Positions 1-13,595 are shown, counted from the first letter of the stretch. The stretch is 64,000 bases of DNA from an uncultured SAR86 cluster bacterium (GCA_905181645.1 CAJIYN010000001.1:535334-599333), one strand, 5' to 3'. Numbers and translations are program-made. Notes: generated by a model from the sequence alone, not told the origin.

Positions 1-198
1 AATCTATGATGACTGGAGGATTTTTGTCTAGTTTTGGTTTGTGGTGGGTTCATGCATTATTCTTATTCTTGTCATTACTATATTTGTCTAAATATTATTT
101 CAATTTTGAATTTAATGTCTTGTCATCTAAATAGCATTTCAAAAAAATCCATTATAGCAATCTTCTTATTTATCTTATCAATATGGCTATTAGCATAA
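1..198 (+). CDS. lptF: 3' end of LPS export permease LptF (partial, frameshifted)
   Basis: Frame from nt 3 reads ...SSFGLWWVHALFLFLSLLY; GLWWVH is typical of the LptF C-terminus; lies directly upstream of lptG. Confidence 0.7.
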
Positions 199-1249
199 TT
201 TCAAATTTTGGTATATTTTCAAGATACTTGATTCAAAGAACTTTTATTATTTCTTTTTTAGTCCTTATGGTATTTACAGCATTAGACTGTATTTTTTTAG
301 TTATTGCAGAAATAGAAGATATTTCGCCTTTATACAATTTTAATCAATTATTAAACTATGTCTTAGGAATTATCCCTCATAGAGCATTAACATATCTTGA
401 AGGCTCATGCCTCTTAGGGTTACTTATTTCTATGAGCATTTCTCAGGAAGAGGGTAATCTTGGCATTCTTAGATCAGGTGGATTTTCTCCATTAAGGATC
501 TCAATAATATCTTCCTTCGGAGCTATGGCGATGATATTAATCTTCCTTGTTGGTGATGAATATTACTTTAAAGATCTATCTATGGATGCAGAAATACAAA
601 AGAATTTGATTACATCAACTTCTCAAAATAAAAAAAATGTAAGTCCGCAATGGATTGAAGATGAAGGTACATATCTTCAATATTTTATTAAAGATAACAA
701 AATACTTTATAAAGTATCAATTATAAAAGTTATCGATGGAAGGGTTGTATATTCAGCAAATTCAAATGAAGCAACAATAGGGGAAAAAAGTATTCATCTG
801 TCTAAACCATTTATCTTTAAAAATTTTAAAGATAGCGAAATCTCATTTCAAGAAATACCCTTTACTTTTCCAAAAGTACTTCAACTTACATCTCCAAATA
901 TCAAAAATATAAAATTAGCTATGAAGCTGGATTATTTGATTGATCTGAAAGGCTTAAATTCTGTTAAAGATAATTCTTTTCAAGCAGATTTAGAAAAGAA
1001 TATTTATAAAACTCTATTATTACCAATTTCAGCACTAGCAATAATGATTCTAGCTGGCTCATTGATGTTTGGTTCGTTAAGGGATTCAGCAATGGGAACA
1101 AAAATTATATTTGGCGTAGTTTGTGGTTTTATTTACAGCGTCATTCAAGATCTAGCTGTTAGTATATTTATTACTTATTCACTTAGTTCTAGTTTAGCTA
1201 GCTGAGCATTTTTTTGATACTGAGTTTTATTTTCTATAAAAGAATTTAA
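183..1249 (+). CDS. lptG: LPS export permease LptG
   Basis: IFSRYL N-terminus, LRSGGFSPLRI, FGSLR motif; last helix continues in another frame to TAA 1247-1249. Confidence 0.85.
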
Positions 1250-1689
1250 ATTATTCTTAATCTTGTCCCAGAAACAAGATCATTAAAAGCAACTTTTTCT
1301 TTAGTAAAATATATTTGTAAGAGAGGAATTCCTAACATTAGTACAATTATTAAATTACAGAAAAATCTTTTAAATGTTTGAGTGAGAGTAATTTTATTAC
1401 CCTCAATGCTATAAATTTCTATTTTCCAAACAGCCATTCCAAGAGTCTTATTTCCTCGAATCCAAAATAAACTAAAAAAACTCCAGCTTGAAAAGCTAAT
1501 CAATAGTAGTGCATACCATCCAGGCAAGATTGGTTGACTAGGATCTTCTGGAAGTTCCCAATTTAAACCATTAGAAATATATATAGAAAGGTATCCTAGA
1601 ATGAAAATAACAGACAGTAAAAGTAGTCCATCATAAATTGAAGCAACAATTCTCTTTAAGGGATAAACATTTTTATATTGTGTATTCAT
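1246..1689 (-). CDS. RDD family membrane protein
   Basis: KRIVASIYD, KTLGMAVWKI, FNDLVSGT; usual convergent position next to lptG. Confidence 0.9.
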   Translation of the reverse strand: MNTQYKNVYPLKRIVASIYDGLLLLSVIFILGYLSIYISNGLNWELPEDPSQPILPGWYALLLISFSSWSFFSLFWIRGNKTLGMAVWKIEIYSIEGNKITLTQTFKRFFCNLIIVLMLGIPLLQIYFTKEKVAFNDLVSGTRLRII

Positions 1690-1732
1690 AATAGTTATAG
1701 TATTTTAATCTTCGATCAACATAAAAGGAAAT

Positions 1733-3219
1733 ATGATTATGGATAAAGGATTTTTTGGACACCCAATTGGCTTAAGAACTTTATTTCTAACAGAGATGTG
1801 GGAGAGAATGTCTTATTACGGCATGAGGGCGTTATTAGTTCTTTACATGACTGGAGCTATGACAGGCTTTAATCCTGGGCTAGGTTGGTCAGCAATGGAC
1901 GCGAATGCAATTTATGGAATATATGTTGGATTTGTTTATTTTATGGTTGTTCCAGGTGGCTGGATTGCTGATAATATTTTAGGTCATCAGAAAGCTGTAT
2001 TAATCGGAGCTATTATTATTGCTTTAGGCCACTTCACATTAGCTATTCCATTTGAGCAATCTTTTTTTCTTGGGCTAACGTTTGTGGTTCTTGGTACAGG
2101 ATTGCTTAAAGGTAATATTTCTACAATTGTTGGAGAGTTATATAAAAATTTAGATGAGAAACGTGAATCCGGTTACACCATTTTTTACATGTCTATAAAT
2201 ATTGGATCAACTCTTGGTTTTCTAATCTGCTCCTATTTAGGTGAAAAAATTGGATGGCATTATGGATTTGGTGCTGCCGGTATAGGAATGTCTTTTGGTG
2301 TTTATCAGTATATAAAATTTAGACATTTGCTTGGCTCTGCAGGTGCCGAACCGAATGATATGCCTGATGAGAAACGAAATAACCTAATCAAATGGACAAA
2401 ACTAAGCTTAGTTGGAATGTTTATTGTTATTGGTATGGGTCTCTTGGGCTTAATAAGTTTCGACCCAAGAGCTTTTGCAGAAAACTTCGCATATTTTTTA
2501 ACTACAGTAGCTGGACTATATTTCCTATACTTATTCCTGTTTGCTGGATTAAATTCAGATGAAAGAAAAAATCTTTTACTTTTATTTATTCTTTTTATTG
2601 GTGCTGCTGCTTTTTGGTCAGGTTTTGATCAATCTGCCAGTTCTCTAAGTATTTTTGCTCGAGATTATACTGATTTAACGGTTGGAAATTTTGCTATGCC
2701 TATTGGCTGGCTTCAATTTGCTAATCCGATACTAGTAGTAATATTTGCTCCTATATTTGCTGGGATGTGGGCTTATTTAGGTAGAATCAATATGAACCCA
2801 TCTTTGCCTTTAAAGTTTGCAATAGGTCTTTTATTCATGGCCCTTAGTTTCATTGTGATGATTTATGCTGTAAACCTTGCAATGGTATCTGCTCCTGTTG
2901 GAATGGAGATGGCTTTTGCTTACTTACTTGCTTCAAACATGGGGTGAGCTAGCTCTGTCTCCTATAGGTTTATCTGCTTTTTCTAAGTATTCTCCTAAAA
3001 GATATATGGGTCAAATGTTTGGATTATGGTTCCTTGCATCAGCTATTGGTGGAGTCTTGGCAGGCTTGCTTGGAGGAGATGCTATGTCTGATGGCCTTTT
3101 ATCCATCGAGCCTATATTTGCATTTATGATTAAGTATTACTTAGTAATCGCTGTAATTCTTATAGCCCTTTCTTTTATTATAAAAGCTAAGGATGATTTT
3201 ATTAGCAGAATCAATATGA
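1733..3219 (+). CDS. Proton-dependent oligopeptide (POT/PTR) MFS transporter, frameshifted
   Basis: EMWERMSYYGMR (ExxERFxYY), FYMSINIGS, GELALSPIGLS; split over ORFs 1733-2947 and 2877-; probable true stop TGA 3217-3219. Confidence 0.9.
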
Positions 3220-3334
3220 AGGCTTCATGTAGCCAAAGGCTCCTGTTTATAAATACTTTGCATAAATTGCTTCATAGGAGCCTATGGCTCATCAAGATAA
3301 AACTAAATACAAAAGAAAAGAAAAGAAAGCTTAA
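3216..3334 (+). CDS. Putative small basic ArfA-like peptide (reconstructed across indels)
   Basis: Intact 3' part 3284-3334 MAHQDKTKYKRKEKKA*; upstream pieces PVYKY / LHKL / HR in other frames. Confidence 0.45.
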
Positions 3335-4465
3335 AGTGGAAACATATCAAATAAATTTCTTTATATATATATTTAATTGTTTATACCATAATTAATATTA
3401 ACTTTTTCATTGATCTGATGAATGGTTTCATTGATTGGACCTAACTCAATCACCTCAGTACCCATAGGAGCGACCCATCTTCCGTCAGAAGTTCCCCCAC
3501 CATTATTTATTTCCGGTTCATAGCCCATAATGCTATCAATGGATTTCATCACCACATCTTTAAAAAATGTTTGCTTTGTTATGAATGGAATTGCATTCAA
3601 CGTCCACTCAATCTCATACTCAATACCAAATCTATCTAAAACACTTAATATTTTGTCTTTAAGTGAATCCTCGGATGATTCAGATGAAAATCTTAAATTA
3701 AATTTCATTTCTAAAGAAGAGTTTCAAAAAAGAAAATCCAGTTCCGGAGTTAATATTTGAGATTTGAAAGCTGGTAGGTTGAAAAAATTCATTTCCTTGA
3801 TCCCAAACCATCTCTTTTAAAGTATCAATAAACTTACCAGCAATATGAATTGGATTATTAACTTTCTCTGGATAAGCAACATGTCCCTGCTTACCTTTAA
3901 TGATTAAAGACCCACTTAATGATCCTCTTCTACCAAGCCTAATTGTGTCAGCCAACTTAGAGGACGAACTTGCCTCGCCGACTAAGCAATAGTCTATATG
4001 CTCACCAGCATCTTGGAGATCTTTAATAATTTTATTAATCTTTCCATCTGCAGGCTCACCTTCTTCATTGCTAGTTAAGAAAACACATATCCTAAAATTT
4101 GGATTCGGGTTTTCTGCTAAAAACTCTTTTGCGGTTGCTAAGAAGGTTGCTACAGCTCCTTTCATGTCTGCAGCTCCTCTCCCAATAAGATAGTCACCTA
4201 TTACTTCTGGTTTAAAGGGATCAATATCCCATAATTCTTCTGGCCCAGAGGGAACTACATCAGTATGACCTAGAAAACAGAATAGAGGGCCTTTGGAGCC
4301 GATGGTGGAATATAGATTTTCAACATTTAAATAGTTAATTCTTTTGGTCTCAAACCCTAGCGGTTCTAAATAACTTTCTACAATATCAAAACAGCCGTTG
4401 TCATTCGGACTAATCGATTTTATTTCTAATAGTGACTTTGCTAGATCAATAAGATTGTTATTCAT
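3331..4465 (-). CDS. dapE: Succinyl-diaminopimelate desuccinylase, frameshifted
   Basis: GHTDVVP, GRGAADMKG, GRRGS, GGGTSDGR, ELGPINETIHQ. Confidence 0.95.
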
Positions 4466-4467
4466 AA

Positions 4468-5366
4468 TTAATTATTTTTGTGAAGTTTAGAGTTTAATTC
4501 AAGGGCTGCCTTATTAGTTTTAGCTTCGACGATTCCTGTAGTAGAGTTTCTTATAAACAAAAGGTTATCTTTATTCGATAGTTCGAAAGCCTTAACAATA
4601 GAATTATCAGGAAGAGTAACTTTTGTTCCTGCGGTTAAGTATAAACCAGCTTCAATAATACAGTTATCTCCTAATGGAATTCCTAAGCCTGAGTTAGCCC
4701 CTAACAAACAGTTTTTACCAATTGATATCCTTGTATGATTTCCACCTGAAAGTGTTCCCATGGTGCTGCAACCGCCACCAAGGTCAGAATTTGATCCAAC
4801 CACAACTCCCGCAGATATTCTTCCCTCTATCATAGCTCTTCCCAACGTTCCGGCGTTAAAATTTACAAAACCTTCATGCATAATTGTTGTGCCTTCGCTT
4901 AAATATGCTCCTAACCTTACTCTTGATGTATCTGCAATCCTTACACCTTTTGGAATAATATAGTCAGTGAGACATGGAAATTTGTCTATAGATTTTATTA
5001 TTAAGCCTTTATTCTGGAGTTTTGAATTTAAGAGTTTTGTTTCTATCTCCTTTGACGATACCGCTCCATAATTTGTCCAGACTACGTTTGGTAGAACTTC
5101 AAAAAGACCATCTAGGTTTATTGAATTGGGCAAGACAAACTTCTGTTACGATTTATCATCCTACTGGTACTTGCAAGATGGGTAATTGGATTTAAAAGAT
5201 CTTTTGAATCAGTACTTATATTAGTTATATTTTTATTTTTACTACTACTAATAATTTTATAATTATCAATATTTTTATCTTTACCAAACTCAATATAAGG
5301 AAAATATACATCCAAGATATCTCCATCAGAAGATTCAGTAGTTAATCCTAATGCATTAATTTTCAT
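4468..5366 (-). CDS. dapD: Tetrahydrodipicolinate N-succinyltransferase, frameshifted
   Basis: DKFP..DY..P.GVRIAD..RVRLGAYL, EGRISAGV, hexapeptide repeats; N-terminus in ORF 5118-5366. Confidence 0.93.
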
Positions 5367-5394
5367 GAAATTATTATAATCCTCATGGGTTAAT

Positions 5395-7888
5395 TTATAT
5401 AATTTCTACAAGAGCTTTTTTAATTCTTTGCATTTTAGTTTTTGATATTAAATTAGTTTCTTGATCTTCAAGCAATTCAAAAATTAAACTTTTTCTCCAA
5501 GAGTAGTGATTTTTGCAGAATGAATAGATGCTTTATGATTTTTGTAAATCTCTGCTATTTTTACAAGCAAACCCGAGCAATTTATAGTTTCTATCGTAAC
5601 AATATTTCTAATATTCTGTTGATCAATTGAGTCACTAATTTTTGTTGGATTTTTAAAATGACTATTCTTGTTTTCACTATAATTCATTACTTTGATTTCT
5701 TTTGAGCCATCAAAAATTGCATGTATTTTAGATGACAAGTCCTTAATATCATTTTTGTGTTAATTTCATGGATTTATATTTATAGGAAGCTATAAAAGTA
5801 TTTAAAGCAATTTTTTTATCTTTTGTGGTTGCAATGTCTGCATCAATAATTTCAACACCCAAAGAATCAAAGACTTGAACTAATTTTAAGAACAACCCCT
5901 CGACATTTTTAACTTTAATAAAGATTTCTATCAGACTATCAAAATTTTGTCTTAATGAAATTACATCAGCATCACCCTTAACGCTTAAGATGGATTTAGC
6001 TTGCCATGCGAGCTGGGAGGAAGTAAATCTCCCGAAATAACTCTGATTAATGCTCCTCCATAAATTAGTAATAATATTTTTATCACCTTGCCCAAGCTCT
6101 TTAAACTACTTTGATTTTTTTAGAGCTATTTTTTTAAAACTTACACCAGTCTCTTTATTTAACTTACTTCTAGTGTTAAAAAATAGAGATCTTAAGAAGA
6201 CCATGTTTCCAACCATTCCAGATAGTTGGATTAGTAGCTCTTATATCATTTATTGTTAAAAGATATAAATAATTTAGATAGTTAAAATTAATTAGTTTCC
6301 CCCTTTCACCTATTTTTTACTTCTCTCTGTGTCAATAGAAGACATCTCTAGATGATTTAGCACAAGCCAGGAAACCAATTCAGCATCATGCATAGACATA
6401 CCAATCTTTTTTGAAAATTTATAGCTTGTTTTTGCACCTATCTCCGAATGATTTCCTCCTTTCCCCTTTCCTAAATCATGAAATAGTCCAGCTAAATAGA
6501 GAATTTCTATTTTTGGTAATCTATTGATCAATTCATTCTCTATTTCAAAGCCTTCGTCGATATGATTTATTTTCATTTGCCGCATATTTCTTACAACCTT
6601 AAAAGTATGCTCATCAACTGTATAAACATGAAATAAATCAAATTGCATTTGCCCAACCACTTCTGCAAATTCATTAATATATGCTTGAATTATTCCCAAC
6701 TTATCCTCTTATTTAGCAATTAATCCTAATGCTAAAGTATTTCTAAAAATTGCTTTGAATATTTTATCATTTTTTTTAAAATCTTTATCAATCAAAGAAA
6801 TATTTTCTTGAAAACCGCAGATGTTCTAGTATCAATATTTGTAATATCTTTTCTTTGACCAATTTTTATAAAAATTTTAAATATTAGATGATTATCTTTT
6901 ATATTTTCTTCTTTAAAGCTTATCCTATTATTTCTTATAAAGAAGTCCCCATAATCTTTCTTAACTTTTGGAAAACTTTTCTCTTCAAATGTATCAAATA
7001 CAGTTTCATTAAAAATAGAAAGCTTTTCAGCATTGAAGTAGTAAAGCTGCATGAGTTTTTCTACTGGTTGCTTAATTTTAGTCCCTGAAATATTAGCTTT
7101 CTTTGCTAATTCAATTTGCGAATTAAAATTAAGTCTATTGAGGGAGCTTGTCTGAATTAAATTAATTGAATAACGCAATAATTTAATAAAATCATGAGCA
7201 TTTGCAATTGCAATTTAGTTTTATTTAACCAATCATACATAGAAATATCAGTATAAGATTTAATTTCATAAGCTCTTATAGATCTTTGTGTATCATTTTG
7301 AAAGTCTCTTAGACTTCCTGGAGATTCCTTAAGATCAGGCTCAAGATTAAATTCTGTTGAATCAAAGGAGAGATACCTATTATTTTGCTCAATCTTTTTC
7401 TTAACAAAAAATTTATTTGCTGGAAATAGTTTTTCTCTATCAGCAAGAATGGTATTCATGATCTCTAATGCCTTATTGTTAGCCGATAAGGGTCTTAAAG
7501 TCAGATAGGAAGTGAATTCTTTTAGGTCTGAAGCCATCATTCTTTTAATTTCTTTTTTTGTCCTAACGGAATGACCAACTTTGAGACCAAAATCCCATAA
7601 TGAAGCTATAAATTTTTCCAAACTAGAGTAATCTTTAATTGTTGAATTAATTTGTAGGATTGAGATGTCTATATCAGAAGAAGGGAAAATTTCTCTATTG
7701 CCATATCCGCCGATTGCAAATAACCCAAAATCTTCTTGAAGATCTAACTCTTCAAATTTTTTTATGATTTCTTTATCAAGCAAGTTAGATCTTTGATGCA
7801 AAAAATCATTAATTTTTTCAGGACTTTTAATTCCTTTAGGAAACCATAACCAAAATTTTGAATCTAGATTATCTAGATATCTCTTCAT
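5395..7888 (-). CDS. glnD: [Protein-PII] uridylyltransferase, fragmented
   Basis: [53 protein letters not shown] domain [13 protein letters not shown]; follows map. Confidence 0.92.
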
Positions 7889-8656
7889 ATATTCTCTTCA
7901 GATCTTCTGGTCAAGACCTCAACACCATTAGCTGTTACTGCAAGGGTATGCTCCCATTGAGCTGAGTTTCTTCCATCTTTAGTTTCAACAGTCCAGCCAT
8001 CTGACAGAAACTTTTGTGTACTTAGTGCCTTGATTGATCATTGGCTCAATTGTGAAACACATTCCTTCTTGAACTTGAAGTCCTGTTTTAGGTTGTCCGT
8101 AGTGAAGAATTTGAGGCTCTTCATGATAGACATCTCCTATTCCATGACCGCAATAATCTTCAACTACTGAATAATAGTTTTGCTCAGCATGCTTCTGAAT
8201 GGCATTTCCAATATCACCAAGATAAATACCCGGTTTTACAATTTCTATTGCCTTATAGAGACATTCTTGAGTGACTCTAACCAGTCTTTCGTTATGTGGC
8301 TGACACTTTCCAACCATAAACATCTTTGAAGTATCACCATGCCAGCCATCTTTAATAACCGTTACATCAATATTTAAAATGTCGCCGTTTTTCAAGATTT
8401 TATTATTATCTGGAATACCATGACAAATAACACTATTAATACTTGAACATATAGTATTTTCAAAACCGTTATACCCAATATTAGCCGGTATTGCTTTCTG
8501 CTCTTCAGTTATGTACTTAAAGCACATTAGATCAAGTTCACCAGTAGAAATTCCTGGTTGCACAAATGGAGTTATCATCTCTAATACTTCAGCAGCTAAT
8601 CTTCCTGCTATTCGCATTTTTTTAATATTATCGCTAGATTTTATTGAAATTTTCAT
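7885..8656 (-). CDS. map: Methionine aminopeptidase type I
   Basis: [32 protein letters not shown]; C-terminus SAQWEHT in a shifted frame. Confidence 0.97.
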
Positions 8657-8809
8657 ATTTTTTTCATTAATTAGTAGACGTCATAGACTTTAATCTGTAA
8701 AGTACAATTTTAATGCCTGCTCAATATTTTAGCCCTCTAAATGTCGTAAAATTTAATTATTTTTTTTCACTTTTCTTTCTAAAAACCTGTATCAAAGAGG
8801 TAAGATTTA

Positions 8810-9838
8810 ATGTCTTTTCCTGCGATATTAGTTCTTGAAGATGGAAGTATATTTGATGGAGTGGGGTTTGGTATAGAAAAAGTTGAAATTGGTGAAATTG
8901 TTTTTCCGACTCCTATGACAGGATATCAGGAAATAATTACTGATCCATCCTACAAAAAACAAATAATAACTTTTACTCATCCACATATTGGTAATACAGG
9001 TATTAATGATGAAGACATGGAGTCATCAAAAATTCATGCATCTGGAATTGTAGTAAAAGAATTTTCTGAAAATCCTAGTAGCTGGAGATCCTCTTCTAGC
9101 CTAGAAGATTTTCTAATAAAGCAAAATGTAATTGCTATATCAGGAATAGATACTAGAAAGCTAACTACCTTAAAAGCCTGCATTGTTCCAGATAGTCATG
9201 ATGCTTTGGAGTCAGCAAAGAAAGCCATAGAGCAATTTAGTGGTTTGGAAGGCTTGGATCTTGCAAAAGAAGTTACCACTAAAAATTCTTATCAGTTTAT
9301 TGTATAGTTATGGAACATATGACACAGCACCGTACGATATAATTAATGGCGGATATGACTTTGGTATTAAAAGTTCAAATGGTTTTGATAGTTTCTATTA
9401 TGATACTACAGTAGTGAATGCCCAAACATCATTTGATGATGTAATGGCTTTATCTCCAGATGGAATATTTTTATCAAATGGCCCTGGTGATCCTGAGCCA
9501 TGTGGTTACGCAATTAAAAATATTAAACAATTTTTAAAAAAGAAATTCCTACTTTTGGTATTTGTTTAGGGCACCAACTTTTGGCTTTAGCAAGTGGGGC
9601 GAAAACAGAAAAAATGAAATTTGGACATCATGGTGCCAACCACCCTGTTCGTGACTTAGAATCTGGTAAAGGCGAAATCTCATCTCAAAATCATGGATTT
9701 GCAATTTCAAGAGAAGAAACTGAATCTAATAATAATATAGAAATAACTTTATTTGATAATTCTCTTCAAGGTTTTGAGATTAGAGAAAAATATGCTTTTG
9801 GTTTTCAAGGACATCCTGAAGCTAGTCCTGGAAATTAA
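8810..9838 (+). CDS. carA: Carbamoyl-phosphate synthase small subunit, fragmented
   Basis: [50 protein letters not shown]. Confidence 0.95.
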
Positions 9839-9883
9839 ATTAGAATTACTTTTTAAAAAATTTAATTCTTTAGTATTAAGATC

Positions 9884-12800
9884 ATGCCAAAAAGAACTGA
9901 TATATCATCAGTTTTAATCATTGGAGCAGGCCCTATTATTATTGGTCAGGCTTGTGAGTTTGATTATTCTGGAGCTCAAGCTTGTAAGGCTCTTAAAGAT
10001 GAAGGTTTTCGAGTAATTTTAGTTAATTCAAATCCTGCAACCATAATGACAGATCCTCTTATGGCAGATGCTACATATATTGAACCTATACATTGGCAAA
10101 ATATTGAAAAAATAATAGAAAAAGAAAAACCTGATGCAATTCTTCCTACAATGGGAGGTCAAACTGCTCTCAATACAACTTTATCCCTTGCAAAAGAAGG
10201 TGTGCTTAAAAAGCATGGAGTAATTTTGATAGGCGCCTCTAGAGAAGCTATAGATAAAGCTGAAGACAGGCAATTATTTGATCAAACGATGCAGTCAATT
10301 GGTATTGAGACTCCTAGATCTGGAATTGCTCATAATATTGAAGATGCATTAAGAGTTCAAAAAGAGGTAGGCTTTCCAACAATCATTAGGCCGTCGTTTA
10401 CCATGGGTGGTACTGGGGGTGGAATCGCCTATAACAAGGAAGAGTTTAAAGCTATATGTGAAAAAGGCTTAGAACTTTCTCCAACTAGCGAACTTTTAAT
10501 TGATGAGGCTTTAATTGGGTGGAAAGAGTTTGAAATGGAAGTTGTGAGAGATAAAAATGATAACTGTATTATTGTTTGCTCTATTGAAAATTTTGATCCT
10601 ATGGGAATTCATACTGGAGACTCGATAACCGTATCTCCAGCTTTAACATTAACTGACAAAGAATATCAAATCATGAGAAATGCTTCAATTGCATGCTTAA
10701 GAGAAATTGGAGTTGAAACTGGAGGCTCTAATGTTCAGTTTGCTGTAAATCCTGAGAATGGAAAAATGGTAGTTATTGAAATGAATCCAAGAGTTAGTAG
10801 ATCTTCTGCTTGCTTCAAAAGCAACCGGATTTCCAATTGCAAAAATTGCAGCACTTGCAGTTGGTTACACATTAGATGAATTAAAAAATGAAATTACTGG
10901 TGGATTAACTCCTGCTTCATTTGAGCCATCAATTGATTATATTGTTGCTAAAATTCCAAAATTTGCATTTGAATACTTAGACGAAGCAAATGATCGACTT
11001 ACTACACAAATGAAGTCAGTTGGGGAAGTTATGGCTATTGGAAGATCTTTTCAAGAATCTCTTCAAAAAGCTATATGCAGCATGGAGGAAGGATTAGATG
11101 GATTAAATCCTGTAATTACTGCAGATGATAATCTGGAAGAAAAACTTCAATACGAACTCTCCTTTCCAGGACCTCAAAGAATTTTCTATGTTGCTGATGC
11201 AATAAGAACAGGATGGAGTAACGAAAAGATAAATCAACTTTGCGGTATTGATTTTTGGTTTCTTAATGAAATCAGAAATATTATTAATCAAGAAAAAAAT
11301 CTAGAACAGCTCATAGAATTAACCAAGCGGTACTATGTGTCTAAAAAAAGCGAAAAGCTTTCTAAAGAATAGCTTCATTAATTAAAAGCTCTGAAGCTGA
11401 GATAAGAGCCTATAGAATTGAAAATAACATTAAACCAGTCTTTAAAAGAGTTGATACTTGCGCTGCTGAATTTAAATCTTTTACTCCCTATATGTACTCC
11501 AACTTATGGCGGAGAGTGTGAAAGCAATGTAACAAATAATAAAAAAGTAATGGTTTTAGGAAGTGGTCCAAATAGAATTGGTCAAGGAATTGAATTTGAT
11601 TACTGCTGTGTTCATGCATCACTTGCTATGCAAGAAGAAGGCATTGAATCAATAATGGTTAATTGTAATCCTGAAACCGTCTCGACTGATTTGATGTTTC
11701 AAATAGACTTTATTTTGAACCAATTACCTCTGAAAAAATTATGGATATCATTAATGGTAAACTTGTTGGTGTAATTGTTCAATTTGGAGGACAAACACCT
11801 CTTAAGCTTGCTTCTAGCTTAGAAGAGGCTGGAGTAAATATTTTAGGTACTGATGTTGATGCAATTGACCGATCTGAGGATAGGGAAAGATTTCAAGAGT
11901 TAGTTGAAAAGTTGAACTTAAAACAGCCTATGAATTCAACTGTAAGAAATACAGAAGAAGCCTTAGTCTCTGCAGCTAAAATTGGTTACCCAATTGTTGT
12001 TCGACCCTCATATGTCCTTGGTGGAAGAGCAATGCAACTTGTTCATAACGATAGTGAGTTAAAACTTTATCTTACAGAAGCTGTTGAGGTATCTAATAAA
12101 AAGCCTATTCTTCTAGATAGTTACCTTACTGATGCAATAGAAATTGATGTAGACATTATTTCTGATGGATTGAATATTATGATCGGGGGAATATTGCAGC
12201 ATATAGAGCAAGCCGGAATACATTCCGGAGACTCTGCATGCTCACTTCCTCCATACAACTTGAATTCTTCAATTCTGGAAAGGCTTGAGACTCAATCAAT
12301 TAATATTGCAAAAGAATTAGAAGCTTTTGGCCTCATGAATATTCAATTTGCTGTAAAAGACGAAGACATATACATAATTGAAGTTAATCCAAGAGCCTCA
12401 AGAACAGTTCCATTTATCTCAAAAGCTATAAGTAGTTCACTTGTAATGGCTGCTTCAAAAGCTATGATAGGAAAATCTTTACTAGATCAAAATTTTTCTA
12501 ATAAACTTCCTAATGATTTCTATTTTGTTAAAGAGGCAGTATTTCCATTTGATAAATTTCCTCAAGTTGATCCTATTTTAGGTCCAGAAATGAAATCTAC
12601 TGGAGAGGTTATGGGTATTGGACCCAGCTTTGGAGAGGCTTATGCCAAGGCCCAAAAAGGCGCAAATAAAATTCTACCTAGATCTGGTTCTATTTTTATA
12701 AGTGTAAAAGATTCAGATAAAAAATATTTAGATGAGCTAGTCCCTCAAATTATTGAAAAATGGTTTTGACATATTAGCTACAGGAGGTACAGCTGAATAT

Positions 12801-13080
12801 ATTAAAAAGATTGGTTTTCCTGTTTTAAAATATTAATAAAGTTATGGAAGGAAGACCTCATGTAGTTGATGAAATGCTAAATGGAAATATTCATCTCGTT
12901 ATAAATACTACTGAGGGCAAACAATCAATTAATGATTCTGCTTCAATAAGACAAACTGCTCTTCAAAATAAGATTTTTTGTACAACAACCATGTTTGGAG
13001 CATTGGCGATTGTAGAAGCTCTAAATAGCTTGGAGTCTGACTGGTCATATCTATCGCTTCAGGAAATTAATAAAAAGTAG
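9884..13080 (+). CDS. carB: Carbamoyl-phosphate synthase large subunit, fragmented
   Basis: [52 protein letters not shown] domain at the end. Confidence 0.97.
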
Positions 13081-13088
13081 CATCCTAT

Positions 13089-13103
13089 TGTTATAATAAA
13101 ATC
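13089..13103 (+). promoter_or_regulatory. Extended -10 promoter 6 nt before the greA ATG (leaderless-type)
   Basis: TG-T-TATAAT-aaaatc-ATG with no Shine-Dalgarno. Confidence 0.6.
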
Positions 13104-13579
13104 ATGAGTAAATCTGCTATAACAAAAGATGGCGAAGCCGCTATTAAAGAAAGGCTAGCAAATCTTAAATTTAAAGAAAGACCTAAAATATCTGAAGCTA
13201 TAGCTGAAGCAAGAGCTCATGGCGATTTAAAAGAAAATGCAGAATACCATGCAGCTAAAGAATTACAGGGATTGGTCGAAGCAAAAATAGCTGAAATAGA
13301 ATCTTCTCTTGCAAATTCTCAAGTCATTGATGTTAAAGATATTCCTGAGACTGGTAGAGTTATTTTTGGCTCAACAATAAAGCTTTATGATGTGATACTG
13401 AAGAAAAAATTACCTATAAAATAGTTGGAAATTTAGAATCAGATCCTGACATAGGTTTGATTTCTATTGATACTCCAATTGCTAGAGGGATATTAGGTAA
13501 ATATGTTGGTGATGAGATTACGATCATGACTCCTGCCGGCTCTATTACTTATGAGGTAGAAAAAGTCAGTCATATATAG
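13104..13579 (+). CDS. greA: Transcription elongation factor GreA
   Basis: EARAHGDLKENAEYHAAKE; C-terminus ISIDTPIARG in a shifted frame. Confidence 0.96.
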
Positions 13580-13595
13580 CTGTAGTTTAAATAGT

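Noticed and set aside
3-1205. LptF-LptG fusion through read-through of TAG 132-134
   Set aside because: A more plausible final LptF helix (SKKSIIAIFLFILSIWLLA*) exists in another frame; an indel explains the layout.
8657-8809. Possible riboswitch or rpsB-type leader in the map-carA intergenic region
   Set aside because: No convincing stem-loop or known motif; it looks like an AT-rich divergent promoter region.
9300-9410. Odd Tyr/Gly-rich segment in carA (similar odd segments at ~22530-22620 in infB and ~34165-34215 in hemA)
   Set aside because: Fits the foreign-patch pattern, but I could not assign a source; no sign of intein or intron motifs.
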